The notes below the pieces were generated by a model. It made no database searches, was not told the DNA's origin, and saw nothing but the letters and a program-made list of their open reading frames with translations. A program made the position numbers and the translations under genes. A stretch of 63,823 nucleotides of DNA, the filler included, from Octopus bimaculoides (taxonomy: Eukaryota), in NCBI RefSeq assembly GCF_001194135.2. It is 9 parts of 8 records of this genome, joined end to end, with 100 filler letters (N's around TTAATTAATTAA, not from the genome) between each part and the next. Parts side by side here need not be neighbours in the genome. Positions count along the whole stretch, not along the records: positions 1 to 19,003 come from NC_068987.1; 8 more parts are not named here. The stretch is one strand, 5' to 3'. Within the stretch, counting starts at the first letter, position 1, and each line of letters starts with the position of its first letter. Shown here one piece after another: positions 1 through 14,016 of the stretch.

Positions 1-54
<54 letters not shown>

Positions 55-402
55 GTGTGTGTATTAGGTGTGTCTCTGTGTGTTAGGTGTGTCTGTAGCT
101 GAATGTATTTTTAAGCACTTGAAAGTTTTTAAAAACACGTTCATGGTGAGTGCCTGAGAAAGTTCAAAGTTCACATGAGGTTTTGGTCGAGTAAAGCAAG
201 TTAAAGGTCCAGTATATACTGTTTAAGCACCAGCCTTGAGGCTGTCGTGTTAGTAGTAGTAACTGAAACAAAAAGGAATGACGAAATCTATTTTTTAAAA
301 ATAGATATAGCTGTCACTGAATATGAAAAAAATAAGTGACGAACAATAAAAGAAGTCACTAAATGAAGAGTAGACAGACAGTCAGACAGACAAACAGACG
401 TT

Positions 403-437
<35 letters not shown>

Positions 438-1896
438 AACAGACAGATAGATAGAGTGATAGATAGATAGGCAGAGTCATTAGCATACCGGGCGAAATGT
501 TTAGCGGAATTTCGTCCGTCTATACGTTCTGCGTGCAAAAGCCGCCGAGGTCGAATCTGCATTTCATCCTTTAGGGATCGAAGCACGAGTTGAGCACTGA
601 GGTCGATGTAATCAACTTACTCCCTCTTTCAAACTTGCTAGTCTGGCGCCATATTTCCATATTTCCTATCTTACACCTGTTTGCTTGCACTTGTACACAA
701 ACACAAAAACAAACTTAGGTTTCTTGACATGTCCTGACATGTCACAGGATCTTTGTAAAGGAAGAGCCTGTTCAAACAGTATTGTTTGTTTCCAACTTTC
801 CACGTAGCCATATCCAAGCTAAGGAATAATTATTTCTTTGCTTGGAAACAGATGGTTGACATCAGGAAGAGCATCTGGCTAAAGAAAACTCAGCTCCCGA
901 CATATTCTCATCTGACCAATGTAAGCATGGAAGCGAGGCTGTTAAAACAATAACGGAGTTTCATACAGTTTCCATTTTCCAAAATTTGATATCAATATAC
1001 TTTAAAACTCGGAGGACGATGAGCTGGCAGAATGGTTAGCTATCGGCATTTCGTCCGTCTTCATGTTCTAAGCTCAAATGCCGACGAGATCGACATTGCC
1101 TTTCATCCTTTCGGGATCGATAAAATAAGTACCATTTTTGTAATGGAGTCGATGTCATCGACTTACTTCCACCCAAAAATTGCTGGTTTTGTGCCAAAAT
1201 TTGAATACTTTACAACTCTTGAGGCTGCGAGCACGCAGAATCGCTAAGATGCTGGGCAAAAAGCTTAGCAGCATTTCTCCCAATTTTACGCTCTGAGTTC
1301 AAATACCGCCGAGATTGACTTAACCATTCATCCTCTCGGTATCGATAAAATAAATGCCAGTTAAAAACTGGAGTCGATGTAATCGACTTACCCCTTCCCC
1401 GAAACTCACACATGGGGTTGGGAAGCACACACACACATGTATACATACATGCGGTTGGGAAGCAAAGCGTCTTACCACACAGCCACACATATAAATATAT
1501 GTCATATAAATATATTATCGTTCAGCATTGTTCAAGAGGGCATGCATGCGTATTCTTTGTTTTGAGGTGGGCGTTGGCAGTATAGATAGGAGTATATAAT
1601 AACTATATACGCAGTTGTTCTATACGATGGTATGTGATGTATACATGTATATGCGCACAGACACACAACTATTAATATGCATACAAGCACACAAACACGG
1701 AAGCATATATGCATACGCATATTTATGTGGATTGGCGCATAGACATAACATACAAGCAAAGTCTACGTTATAATAGACATTTTTCTAGCAAGATGACAAA
1801 TTTCATTAATTTTAATCGGCAGACGTTACAAAGTGGCTGAAAGGGTAATAGTTTGATGTATAGTTCTTATTAAACATATGTGCATGTCTATGCAAA

Positions 1897-1935
<39 letters not shown>

Positions 1936-3540
1936 NNNNNNNNNNNNNNNNNNNNNNNNNNNNNNNNNNNNNNNNNNNNNNNNNNNNNNNNNNNNNNNNN
2001 NNNNNNNNNNNNNNNNNNNNNNNNNNNNNNNNNNNNNNNNNNNNNNNNNNNNNNNNNNNNNNNNNNNNNNNNNNNNNNNNNNNNNNNNNNNNNNNNNNNN
2101 NNNNNNNNNNNNNNNNNNNNNNNNNNNNNNNNNNNNNNNNNNNNNNNNNNNNNNNNNNNNNNNNNNNNNNNNNNNNNNNNNNNNNNNNNNNNNNNNNNNN
2201 NNNNNNNNNNNNNNNNNNNNNNNNNNNNNNNNNNNNNNNNNNNNNNNNNNNNNNNNNNNNNNNNNNNNNNNNNNNNNNNNNNNNNNNNNNNNNNNNNNNN
2301 NNNNNNNNNNNNNNNNNNNNNNNNNNNNNNTGGCAGTCCCAGAAAAAAAGGAAGAATGCTACTGCTATTTAGCCCTAGGAAACACCGTTTCTTATTTTTT
2401 TATTGCCCACAAGGGGCTAAATATAAAGGGGACAAACAAGGACAGACAAACGGATTAAGTCGATTACAGTGCGTAACTGGTACTTTATTTATCGACGCCG
2501 AAAGGATGAAAAACAAAGTTGACCTTCGGAGAAATTTGAACTCAGAACGTAACGGCAGACGAAATACCGCTAAGCATTTCGCCCGGTGTGCTAAAAATAA
2601 TTTAGACTAATGAAAATAAATATTAGAACTCTTTGTATCGATTTATGTTGTCTTTTATCTTTTGCTGTATGTACGCCTAAGAAATAGTTAAGTTCATATA
2701 TGAGTAGTGTCCCTTTAATATCACGCAAAAATTGATAAAAATTTGAGAGTTAATATTAAATACCTTTTTTTTTCAAATGGTTAAAATTTTACGAAACCTT
2801 TACCAATATATATTCCTTTAACATTTCTCTTACATATTAATATCAATATAATAATTCTTAATCAAAATTGAAAGAATGGTGTGGATTCAAAGTGTCGATG
2901 TCAGGCGTTACTATCCGTCAGTCAACCAGTTTGGTCTATGAATATTTTCTCTTAACTTTTGTTTTACTGCACCAGATTTTAAGTATTTTATATCTAAATG
3001 TAGCGTATCACTAGTCAAATATAGTTCAGAAAACAAAATTTGATTTCGATTAAAACTGAAATTGTGAGACTGCTTAGTAGATGCCGACTGCAACAAAAAA
3101 GTTACGTTAAGAATATTATTCACCTTCTACCGGGGTTGAATGATACATATATATATAATATCATATTTGTAGCATGCATATATANNNNNNNNNNNNNNNN
3201 NNNNNNNNNNNNNNNNNNNNNNNNNNNNNNNNNNNNNNNNNNNNNNNNNNNNNNNNNNNNNNNNNNNNNNNNNNNNNNNNNNNNNNNNNNNNNNNNNNNN
3301 NNNNNNNNNNNNNNNNNNNNNNNNNNNNNNNNNNNNNNNNNNNNNNNNNNNNNNNNNNNNNNNNNNNNNNNNNNNNNNNNNNNNNNNNNNNNNNNNNNNN
3401 NNNNNNNNNNNNNNNNNNNNNNNNNNNNNNNNNNNNNNNNNNNNNNNNNNNNNNNNNNNNNNNNNNNNNNNNNNNNNNNNNNNNNNNNNNNNNATATATA
3501 TATACACACATATATATGTGTACACTCACTCATACGATAC

Positions 3541-3627
3541 GCATACATCCACACACGCATACATCCACACACGCATACATCCACACACGCATACATCCAC
3601 ACACGCATACATCCACACACGCATACA
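3541..3627. repeat. 16-bp minisatellite (GCATACATCCACACAC)x5
   Basis: Perfect tandem copies. Confidence 0.9.
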
Positions 3628-4261
3628 TTCCCAACCGCAGCACAACCTCACGCATTGAAGCAATATGTGGTGACGCAATTAATATGCAAACTAATCATAC
3701 ACCCGCAAACAAATTTACATCTATATTCCAACACTACCAGCACCAGCATCCTAAATACACACCCACATGTAGATGTCAACCACATAACCAAACCTAGACA
3801 CGCAAATACACGCACACACAAGCACAAACGCAGACACACATAGGCACATACACATATTATGACGCATCACCATGTAACAATTCGGGCATTAACTTTTACC
3901 CTGAGATTTCCATTATTACCACTCCTAGTAACCCTTCTTATTCTGTGAATGCGTGGGGCCGTGTGGATATGGTGTTTTGCACTCACGATCGCAAAATTGC
4001 AATTTCGATTCCCAGACCGAGACTCGAAACTACAATTCACTCTCTCTCTCTCTCTCTCTCTCTANNNNNNNNNNNNNNNNNNNNNNNNNNNNNNNNNNNN
4101 NNNNNNNNNNNNNNNNNNNNNNNNNNNNNNNNNNNNNNNNNNNNNNNNNNNNNNNNNNNNNNNNNNNNNNNNNNNNNNNNNNNNNNNNNNNNNNNNNNNN
4201 NNNNNNNNNNNNNNNNNNNNNNNNNNNNNNNNNNNNNNNNNNNNNNNNNNNNNNNNNNNNN

Positions 4262-4294
<33 letters not shown>

Positions 4295-4320
4295 CAAAGA
4301 GAAAGAGAGAGAGGCAGATG

Positions 4321-4367
<47 letters not shown>

Positions 4368-4961
4368 GGTGGCGTGTTTAGGAGGTTCACTCTACATCAA
4401 AAAGCTTTCGAGGTCACACCTGTAGATCGGCACTTTGTGTAGCTAATATAATCCTCGTGTCGGCCAAATATGGTAGACGGCAATTGTATTGAAGCCTGTA
4501 AGAAAAATCGTCCTTATGCGAACAACTTAATCCGTCACCATATCTAGCACCACCACCACTCTTGGTCTTTGTTCCTTAGGTGCTTTGATGTTACAAAGAC
4601 ACCTGATAAATCTCAGGACAACTCCTAGGGATGACTCCACCATTTTCTTCCATTAGTCCCAAACGCCAATCAGACCCTCAAATCATGGACATTGCCCTTT
4701 GTCTTTAGAGAAAGCATAAAGAAGTAGAATAAGATAAAATAAATTAAAATAAAATAAGAGGATAGTGCGTTATTTGAAGCAGGTTTGGATGTTTTATCAT
4801 TTGGTCAGCAGGTGGGGGGACTGTGTAGAGGTCTTCTTGCTGGTTTGGCAACTCTTACATATCAGCGTGTGTATGTTTGTGTCCCAGTGTGCATGTATGT
4901 ATGTATGTATGTATGTATGTGTGTGTGTATGTATGTATGTATATGTATGTATGTATGTATG

Positions 4962-5480
4962 TTATCAATCAGTTTCATTTCTGTATTTCTTGTCCATAGA
5001 GAAAGAGCCGGACTCTAACATAGATTCAAGGCTCCTTCATTGGAACTTTTATCAACATCATCTAGGTATTTGTGCATATGTGTGTGTGCAGTATTTGGTG
5101 TTAGTGTATGCGCAGATTTGTATGTTTGTTTTATGGATGCGTTTTTATGTCTAGATGCATGCATATGTATTTATGTGCTAAATTTTTGGAAAGTTTTACA
5201 TATCTTTACAGTTCCATTGATGGCTTGAATCTGTAGTCTTCTAATCAGCCTTTTTCTTTCAGGTTTTGAGAACCCTAATTTTTCCAGGTTTTTGTTGAGG
5301 CAGTTCGTTACATATCCCAATGCCCCAACAATCACGGGTATGAATCTGAACTTGTAGTCTGGGTGGAGTATCTGCAAATTTCTCAGTAGCTCGGCGTAGT
5401 TGTTCTCTTTTTCTCTAATCTTTAGTGGGATGTTGACATCCGCAGGACAGCTGATTTCTACTACTGTACAGAGTTTCTCG
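4962..5480 (-). mobile_element. 5'-truncated R4/Dong-like non-LTR retrotransposon (RLE C-terminus and 3' UTR)
   Basis: CTVVEISCPADVNIPLKIREKENNYAELLRNLQILHPDYKFRFIPVIVGALGYV... fits the RLE pattern (D/E)xxxPxDxN..K..KY.EL..P(V/I)IVGALG. Flanked by (TATG)n on both sides. Confidence 0.85.
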
Positions 5481-5889
5481 TATGTATGTATGTACGTCTC
5501 GGTGTGAGTATGTATGCATGTATGTATCTCGAGGTGAATGTATGTGTGTGTGTGTGTGTGTGTGTGAATCTTAGTGTTTGTCATTGAGTGTGTCAGTGTA
5601 TGTTTCAGTGAGTGTGCGAGTGTATGAGTATATGTATTTGTGTCTTGCTGTGTATGTGTCTCAGAGTGAGCGTGTGTGTGTTTGTGCTTCAGTGTGTTTG
5701 TGTATGTATTTGTGTGTTATTCTGCGTATGTATGTGTTTGTACTCAATGTGTGAATGTGCTTGTATACATTTGTATCTCAGCATGTGCATTTGTGTGTGT
5801 GTGTGTGTGTTTGAACGTGTGAGTAGAAGCAATTTTATGGCTGAGTCAGGAGGGAGAGGTGGTGGCTATGACCTTCGCAGCCCCCCTCC

Positions 5890-6400
5890 AATCTAATGAG
5901 AACGATGCAGTTTATGTTCAGTTCCAGAAAAAATGATCGTTGACGCACAGAAACTAAGGATGATATGAAGAAGTCGGGTGCGGATGGTGGAGGCTGTGTG
6001 CAAATGCCTAGGTCAGAGAAAACGAGACCATTGTCATAGCGAATGTATATGCAGAGACGTGAGCCAGAGCTTGTAGTGTGTTAACGGGCGAGTCTTTGTC
6101 AATCAGTCAGATAACAAATTTTTGGACACCGTCTAGGAGTGCCTGTGTACATGATAGCAACACCGTTCCATTGGGGATCACAGGCTATGTTTTGTAAGAA
6201 GTTATCAATTGATAATAAATTAAGATTAATCTTAGGAACACTTGTAAGTCTAATCTTTAGGACACAGCTATCTTATGTATGTGTGATAACAAGGAAAGTA
6301 CACATTGTAAGGCCCGCTATCTTTATCCACTTTTAGAGTTTTATTGTGCTGAGCATGATTTGTGAGTGTGATGTTAAGAGTGACTGCGACTTTATGTTGT
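5890..6400 (-). mobile_element. Very decayed APE-type LINE endonuclease relic
   Basis: Ordered remnants across frameshifts: FLVITHT*, NGVAIMY, GICTQPP, IIFLELNIN (compare ITETW, GGVAIY, YRPP, LGDFNI). Confidence 0.4.
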
Positions 6401-7702
6401 TGAGAGAGATCAGAATGTCATGTCTCCATTGACGGACTTCTGTTTTTTTTTTGTTTTTGTTTTTTTGTCGATGTCGTTATTCATGAAAGTAGAGCAGATT
6501 CGATAAGAACTGTCAAAGTAGAATATCAGTAATATCTCTGAAGATTCAAGAGATGTAGAATAGGTGTGAACACTGTTAGAGATGGCAGCGAGCAGGTTGC
6601 TGATATGCAGGAGAACGCTCCAGATACAGTACAGTTATTAGGTTGTGGTTCACAGAGCCACCACAGCGAATGCTATTACTATGCATTCAGACTGGAAGCT
6701 TTAAATCGAAGGCAACTGAAAACCATAGGCCGGTAGCTTACCTTGGACATCGTCCCCGCCACGGTCAAAAGTCAAAATTCTTAAGCGTTGGTGATCACTG
6801 ATAGATAACATAAGATAGCAGATCTCAAATATGTCTGACTCATCAGAAGCACAGGTCTTTGCTGCGAGAGAAGAAGGTTTCTACGCGCGAAAAAGGTGGT
6901 GTTGAAAGTGAGAGGTATGTGCCTGTACATGGCAAGATCAAAGAGGTATTTCCTGAGAATGAGACATATGTAGTACATTGCTAAATATTCGTACATATGG
7001 AAAGATTGAATTGTTTGGAGATGACAGGGCCTAACTCTGGAACGCATCTTTGGAATAAGAGAAAGGTCATTGTCAAGATTGGTAACCTTAACAGTTTGAA
7101 ACAACTGCAGTTGGTTCTGCCTTTGGCATATATGTATATGGGGCGGTTGTGGAGTGAAGAAGATAGAGTTCAGCACGTAACGAGTGTGTATGAAGGTTGG
7201 AATAAAGATTTCTCCGTAGGAATACCTTCCACGGAGCTATAGTGATTTAGAAGTGATGGGGAAGGGAATTCATTTGTTGGTAAAGCTCTATTAACAAACG
7301 GTCCAGGCAGAGCTTATAGATCGTGTAAGTTCAAAGAAACGCTGTAATTATCAAAATATGATTTTGAATAACTCGACCATCACACACACACACGCACACA
7401 CATGTATACAAATGCACATATATACATATGCATATTTATAAACATATACACAAATACACGTGTATGTGTGTGTGTGTTTGTGTGTGTGTGGCGACAGGGC
7501 TATATTTAATTAATCCTACATGACTCTACTACACGTGGTCTGAAAATGCCTTGAAAAAGCATTCTTTAAAATTTCGTAAGCTGAATGACAGGGAAAACCG
7601 ATCAGTGAAATGTGATTTTTCTTCCACTGCAGAATCTCTTTAGACTACAATATGCACTAAAATTTATACATTTTTATACAGAAACTTTTCAGTGTTATTT
7701 TA

Positions 7703-7758
<56 letters not shown>

Positions 7759-9254
7759 NNNNNNNNNNNNNNNNNNNNNNNNNNNNNNNNNNNNNNNNNN
7801 NNNNNNNNNNNNNNNNNNNNNNNNNNNNNNNNNNNNNNNNNNNNNNNNNNNNNNNNNNNNNNNNNNNNNNNNNNNNNNNNNNNNNNNNNNNNNNNNNNNN
7901 NNNNNNNNNNNNNNNNNNNNNNNNNNNNNNNNNNNNNNNNNNNNNNNNNNNNNNNNNNNNNNNNNNNNNNNNNNNNNNNNNNNNNNNNNNNNNNNNNNNN
8001 NNNNNNNNNNNNNNNNNNNNNNNNNNNNNNNNNNNNNNNNNNNNNNNNNNNNNNNNNNNNNNNNNNNNNNNNNNNNNNNNNNNNNNNNNNNNNNNNNNNN
8101 NNNNNNNNNNNNNNNNNNNNNNNNNNNNNNNNNNNNNNNNNNNNNNNNNNNNNNNNNNNNNNNNNNNNNNNNNNNNNNNNNNNNNNNNNNNNNNNNNNNN
8201 NNNNNNNNNNNNNNNNNNNNNNNNNNNNNNNNNNNNNNNNNNNNNNNNNNNNNNNNNNNNNNNNNNNNNNNNNNNNNNNNNNNNNNNNNNNNNNNNNNNN
8301 NNNNNNNNNNNNNNNNNNNNNNNNNNNNNNNNNNNNNNNNNNNNNNNNNNNNNNNNNNNNNNNNNNNNNNNNNNNNNNNNNNNNNNNNNNNNNNNNNNNN
8401 NNNNNNNNNNNNNNNNNNNNNNNNNNNNNNNNNNNNNNNNNNNNNNNNNNNNNNNNNNNNNNNNNNNNNNNNNNNNNNNNNNNNNNNNNNNNNNNNNNNN
8501 NNNNNNNNNNNNNNNNNNNNNNNNNNNNNNNNNNNNNNNNNNNNNNNNNNNNNNNNNNNNNNNNNNNNNNNNNNNNNNNNNNNNNNNNNNNNNNNNNNNN
8601 NNNNNNNNNNNNNNNNNNNNNNNNNNNNNNNNNNNNNNNNNNNNNNNNNNATATATATATATATAACTTCTTACCACATGGCCTCGCCCGCGCTTATGTA
8701 TATGGTTGTGTGACAAGAAATTTACTTCCCAACCACAGGTTCCGGGTTCAGTACCACTGCTTAGCACCTCGGGTAAAACCTCACCGCTTGATAACTGGTG
8801 TTGGTGTGTTTACACCCCCATATCTTAGTGGTTCGGCAAAATAGTACCAAGCTCTAAAAATTATATATAAGCACTGAAGTTGATTCGCTCGAGTAAAATT
8901 CTTCGAGGCGGTGACTGGTCGTAAGTCGGCGTGTATGTCTACATAGCTTTGTTTTATATCTTTACATTCTTGAGGTAAATTCTCAGGTAAAAGTCACACA
9001 CAGCATTCTGTATTATACTTATTATACTGGTGATAGTCAAAAACAGTCGTCTTATAAACAAATTCAAGGTTGCCTTGATGTCTCCGCGACAGGATATTCA
9101 TCCAACACTTGGGATAACCAGAGCGGCGATCGATAACCAAACCTAAAAGAAGCGTTTGTTAGCTGACATCACCCGCAGACGGGTTTATTTCCAAGAAATT
9201 AAACCCATTAAATTTCAACTGGACTATTTATCATTGTTGCCGGGAGCTGGCGCG

Positions 9255-9313
9255 CCATCGTCGTAAATTCGATCGGTCGTAAGTAGGATAGGCCGTAAGT
9301 CGACGACGACCTG
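9255..9313. mobile_element. Isolated Tigger/pogo-type terminal repeat
   Basis: Reverse complement reads TA|CAGGTCGTCGTCGACTTACGGCC..TTACGACC..TTTACGAC, a Tigger-like end with reiterated TTACGAC. No matching left end was found. Confidence 0.5.
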
Positions 9314-9344
9314 TATATTCGTATATATATGTATGTTTGTATGA

Positions 9345-9585
9345 TTCTTTTATTCGTTTTTATACGTTTCGGCCCTAAGGCTGTAGCCATTATAGGACAC
9401 CGCCAGTACAATCACCTTTTCAATGGCCAGTTTTGTGGTTGGCTTTTGGCAAAGGATGAATTCGACACTGCTGCCCTCTTTTGAGTCTCCTACCTTTATA
9501 TTGGTCCATTTGGGACCTTGAATAGCAAGAGGTCAAGTTGTTTTTTGAAAACATCTACACCTACTCCATTGCGATCTCTCAGATG
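9345..9585 (-). mobile_element. CR1/L2-group LINE extreme 3' end
   Basis: Minus strand HLRDRNGVGVDVFKKQLDLLLFKVPNGP...RAAVSNS resembles FKxxLDxxLxxVPDxP..RAAxSNS. The short 3' UTR ends in a stem-loop and A-rich repeats. Confidence 0.7.
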
Positions 9586-10315
9586 TATGTATGTATGTAT
9601 GTATGTATGTATGTGAGCAAGTGTACATGTACATACTGACATACAGAGAAATAATATTACCATAGAAAACTCAGAAAGTGTTCAAGAACGAAAAGTTAAA
9701 GACTAAGAAGACAAAATACAAGAGGTTTGTGGGACATAATAACAGGAACAAAGTAAATATGGGAATACGCACGAGAGATAAACAGAGAGAAAGAAAGAGT
9801 GAGTGTGGGGGGGATAGAAGGTATGGTTAAATAGATAGATGGAAGGTTGGGGTAGAACGAGGTTATTTGGTCACCATGGAACAATGAAATGTTTATTTAT
9901 TTATATGTATATATATTACATTGTATACATACTTTTTTTTTGTTGGCGAAGTAGGCCGGAGTCATCAGACCTACAGAGGTCTGGTAAACAACTACACATT
10001 CGGCGTAGATGACATCGCTAAATATTGCTGTTGAATGTGAGGATGATGATGATGATGGTGGTGGTGGTGGTGGTGATAAATGGGATTACAACGATGATGG
10101 CGATGATGACATAATGGAGAGTTTATACTAAACTGTGTTAAAGTGTACACGGGTGACAACGAATGTTGTTGTGGTGGTGTTTATGATGATGATGAGGAAG
10201 AGGAGGAAGATTATAATGAAGGTGATGAAGATACGGAGAGTGGAAGAAGTTGACAGTGCGATATACACCCTTGCATATGCATAATTATGTATGCATGTAA
10301 ACATATATGTATATA

Positions 10316-10392
<77 letters not shown>

Positions 10393-11500
10393 NNNNNNNN
10401 NNNNNNNNNNNNNNNNNNNNNNNNNNNNNNNNNNNNNNNNNNNNNNNNNNNNNNNNNNNNNNNNNNNNNNNNNNNNNNNNNNNNNNNNNNNNNNNNNNNN
10501 NNNNNNNNNNNNNNNNNNNNNNNNNNNNNNNNNNNNNNNNNNNNNNNNNNNNNNNNNNNNNNNNNNNNNNNNTATACTTATACATATATATATACACACA
10601 CACACACACATACACACAGACAAACAGACTGAGAGACAGATAGTGAGTGAGTGAGTGAGTGTATACACACACAAACACACGCACACACTTGCATTTGTAG
10701 AGCTAATGTCTACGCAGATACAAAATTTTAGTGGTAACGGTTAAACGTATCAAGACGATAAAACCCACTAATTAAGAACGAATGTTCTAAACAATCTAAC
10801 AGATCAACAATAAAAGAACAATAAAAGAACAAATACATGACAATAAGTACATCAGGCAATTCACCTCTTACAATTATACAAGCCACTTATAAACTGTATT
10901 ATACACAACAAATATATAGAATATAGAATTTAGGCGGTGTGGTTGCGAGCTTAAGAAGTCTGCTTCCCATCCATATAGTATTGGATTCTGTACCACTAAA
11001 CGGCTCAAGATGCTGCGCAGTGGCACTGAAATCAATGTCTCCTATTATAACCCCTGCCAGACCGAAGCCTTAATAAAAGAACTACAAAGAATAGAGTTAG
11101 CTTACAATTGTTTCATTAGCTTCAATTAAACCAATCTTGCATCATGCTATATACCATGTCAACAACAACTATTTATGTCCATGTACTGTGGAATCATTCC
11201 ATGACAGCACATGCTGAAACCAATGCTTCTAAACTTTATAAAAGGCAATGAGCCAATTTATTTTTACTTTCTTACCGAAAGGTATTTGCATCCCTTTAGG
11301 ACACCCTAAGTAAGCAGTTATCGTTTAGCAAAATTTAGGGAGAAAGGGAGAAAACTCAATGAAGGAGGAGCAAAAAAATTTTGACAAGATAATCAATCCC
11401 ATTTACACTGACAGTACACTCAACCCTTTGTCATCTTGTTTTCGCGTGTGTGTGTGTGCGTGTGTGTGTGTGTGCGTGCGTGCATGCGTGCGTGTATGTA

Positions 11501-11613
<113 letters not shown>

Positions 11614-13945
11614 ATAGACTAATGCTGCTTTATGAAATATCACACAACATAACTTCTTGGTTTATTATAATTATCTTCGCCTTTAGAGAATACATGATAA
11701 TTACCAAATGGCAATTAAGACCAGCTCCTTTTAAGAAGAGAAGTTAATCTCAAGTTTTCAAGAATTTTCCATCACAGAAAAAGACAGGTTTATTGTCCCA
11801 ACAATCGAATGACTGAAACAAACGATAAAAGATAATAGATGAACACTTTATAAAAAAAGTTCCATATAACAGAGCACGTAAGCATTACAACCCATTGTAA
11901 ATTAAGGCTGAAATTATTACGATGAAAATACTTAAATGAAAAAAAATATTCTTGTCAATAACAAAACACAAGTCTGTAATCCCATGAACAAACTAGTAAT
12001 GATCAATGTGGTCTTTAAGATTTTATTGCAAACGCGAAATTTGTAAATTCCATGCCTCCAAGTGATACACTGACAATTGCGGTTATGAACGACACTTTTC
12101 TGTCACTTCACCACGTACTTGTACTTAAACAAAGAACAATTGCAACATACATCACAAAAGCAGACAATTGAATTAGATAGGAAAACATTAGTCAACAAGA
12201 CATGTATATTTTACAGAATTCCCCCCCCCCCCAGTACCACAAATAATTCTGAAAGAAACACACAGATCACCTACACTATCACAATAAAAAAATAAGCATC
12301 TGACTGATGACGTATAAATCTATAAATTCAGTTCGTTAATATCTACACTAATCATATTTTCCCTATCTGCTATAAAAAGACAGCAACACACGCCAACATC
12401 ACTTCTTTCAGAAGATAGGAGTATGAAAGTTTAGAAGCGTTAATATAGATTCGGGCATTTTATTGCTCCAAACAAATTCAAGAAACGCTTCGAAAGTATC
12501 ATAAATCATTAACTAAAAGTATATATAAATGATAAAACTAGAAATTGCTATCTTCTCAATACATGTTTTTAAAAAAAATATGTTCACTGCACAATCACGA
12601 GATACGGGCTTCGCTCCCATTGCGTGATATTTTGGTCAAGTGTATTTTACCATAGCCTCAGATCGGTTCAAGCTTCGGTAGTAAAAGTGAGTACCTGGAA
12701 TTGTGTAGAATTTTGTCGGGTACACTGTACCCGTAATTCAACACCACATTCTTAACACATTCTTTGAAATGCTAATTGTATCAGATGACTATGTTAACAG
12801 TGCAACTTCCTGTGGAATACTCAGCCACTCATGCAGTAATTCAATGAGCAGATAATTCATTTGATCGAACAAGTGAATACTCATCGACGGAACCGATGAA
12901 AATCCATGTGTGTGTGTGAATGTGACTCCTTTTTGTATTAGTTTAAGTTATTTGGCTACAGGGGATATATTGTCGGACAACTGTCGTGCTAATGACAGCT
13001 GTTGCGCCAGGAGCACGTGTCCACAACTGTCCTCTTATCTCCAGACAATAAGCCTGCTCTTTTCTTTAATCGAGAATCCTTGAAACTTGAGATTATCTCC
13101 TCTTGTCAGCTGGAGATGGTCTTAATTACGATTTCGTAATTATGATATACTCTCTAAGGGTGAAGATAATTGTAACAACTCAGAAGTCTATTATGTATAC
13201 TTCATAAACCAATATTAGACTGTGTATACACACATATACACACAGGCACACAGATACACAGACACACACATACTCATACATATTTGATATATATATCAAC
13301 AACATTAATAATAAGGATTACTACGAAGTTGCATAGCATTGCCTTTAATTCTTTAATTTATATACAGCTTAATATAGACCAACACAAAGACATTATTTAC
13401 AAATATATACAGTATTTATAACAAATAATGATACATCTCGTACCTAATGAATAGGTTAATTCTTTAATAATAATCACCAGCGGGTAATTGGTAAATAAGT
13501 GCAGACGACAAAATTATTCGTTTTTAAAAATTCTTCCATATAAATAACGTAAATTATACATATTTATAAAAATAAAAATATTCATGTTTATAAAATCAGA
13601 TATTTTATGAATAACAAATATTTATAAAATATCCAACTCGAGGAGATCCAATTTCATGATTACAAAAATAAATGAAGTCAGAGTATATTGCGTTCTAATT
13701 ACGCAAAAAAAATAATGGTGGGAGAACCGTTGTCCTGCGTCATCTTGAAATAGCGGCATGAATAAATTTGCATCAATATATGCAGTTATGGCTTTGGATA
13801 AGAAGCTCGCTTTGCAACCACGTGGTTTCAGATTCAATCCTACTGCACTGTACTTTTGGCAAGTGTCTTCTACTATAGCCAAGAGCCGACCAGTACCTTG
13901 TGAGTAAAGTTGGTCGACGAAAGCTGTGGAAGCTCGTCGTTTTTA

Positions 13946-14016
<71 letters not shown>

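Noticed and set aside
6781-7242. 131-aa and 81-aa ORFs
   Set aside because: No motifs; probably the decayed upstream part of the adjacent LINE relic.
9950-9990. Minus-strand CTGATGA next to an AGACCT/AGGTCT hairpin
   Set aside because: There is no GAAA half at a compatible position.
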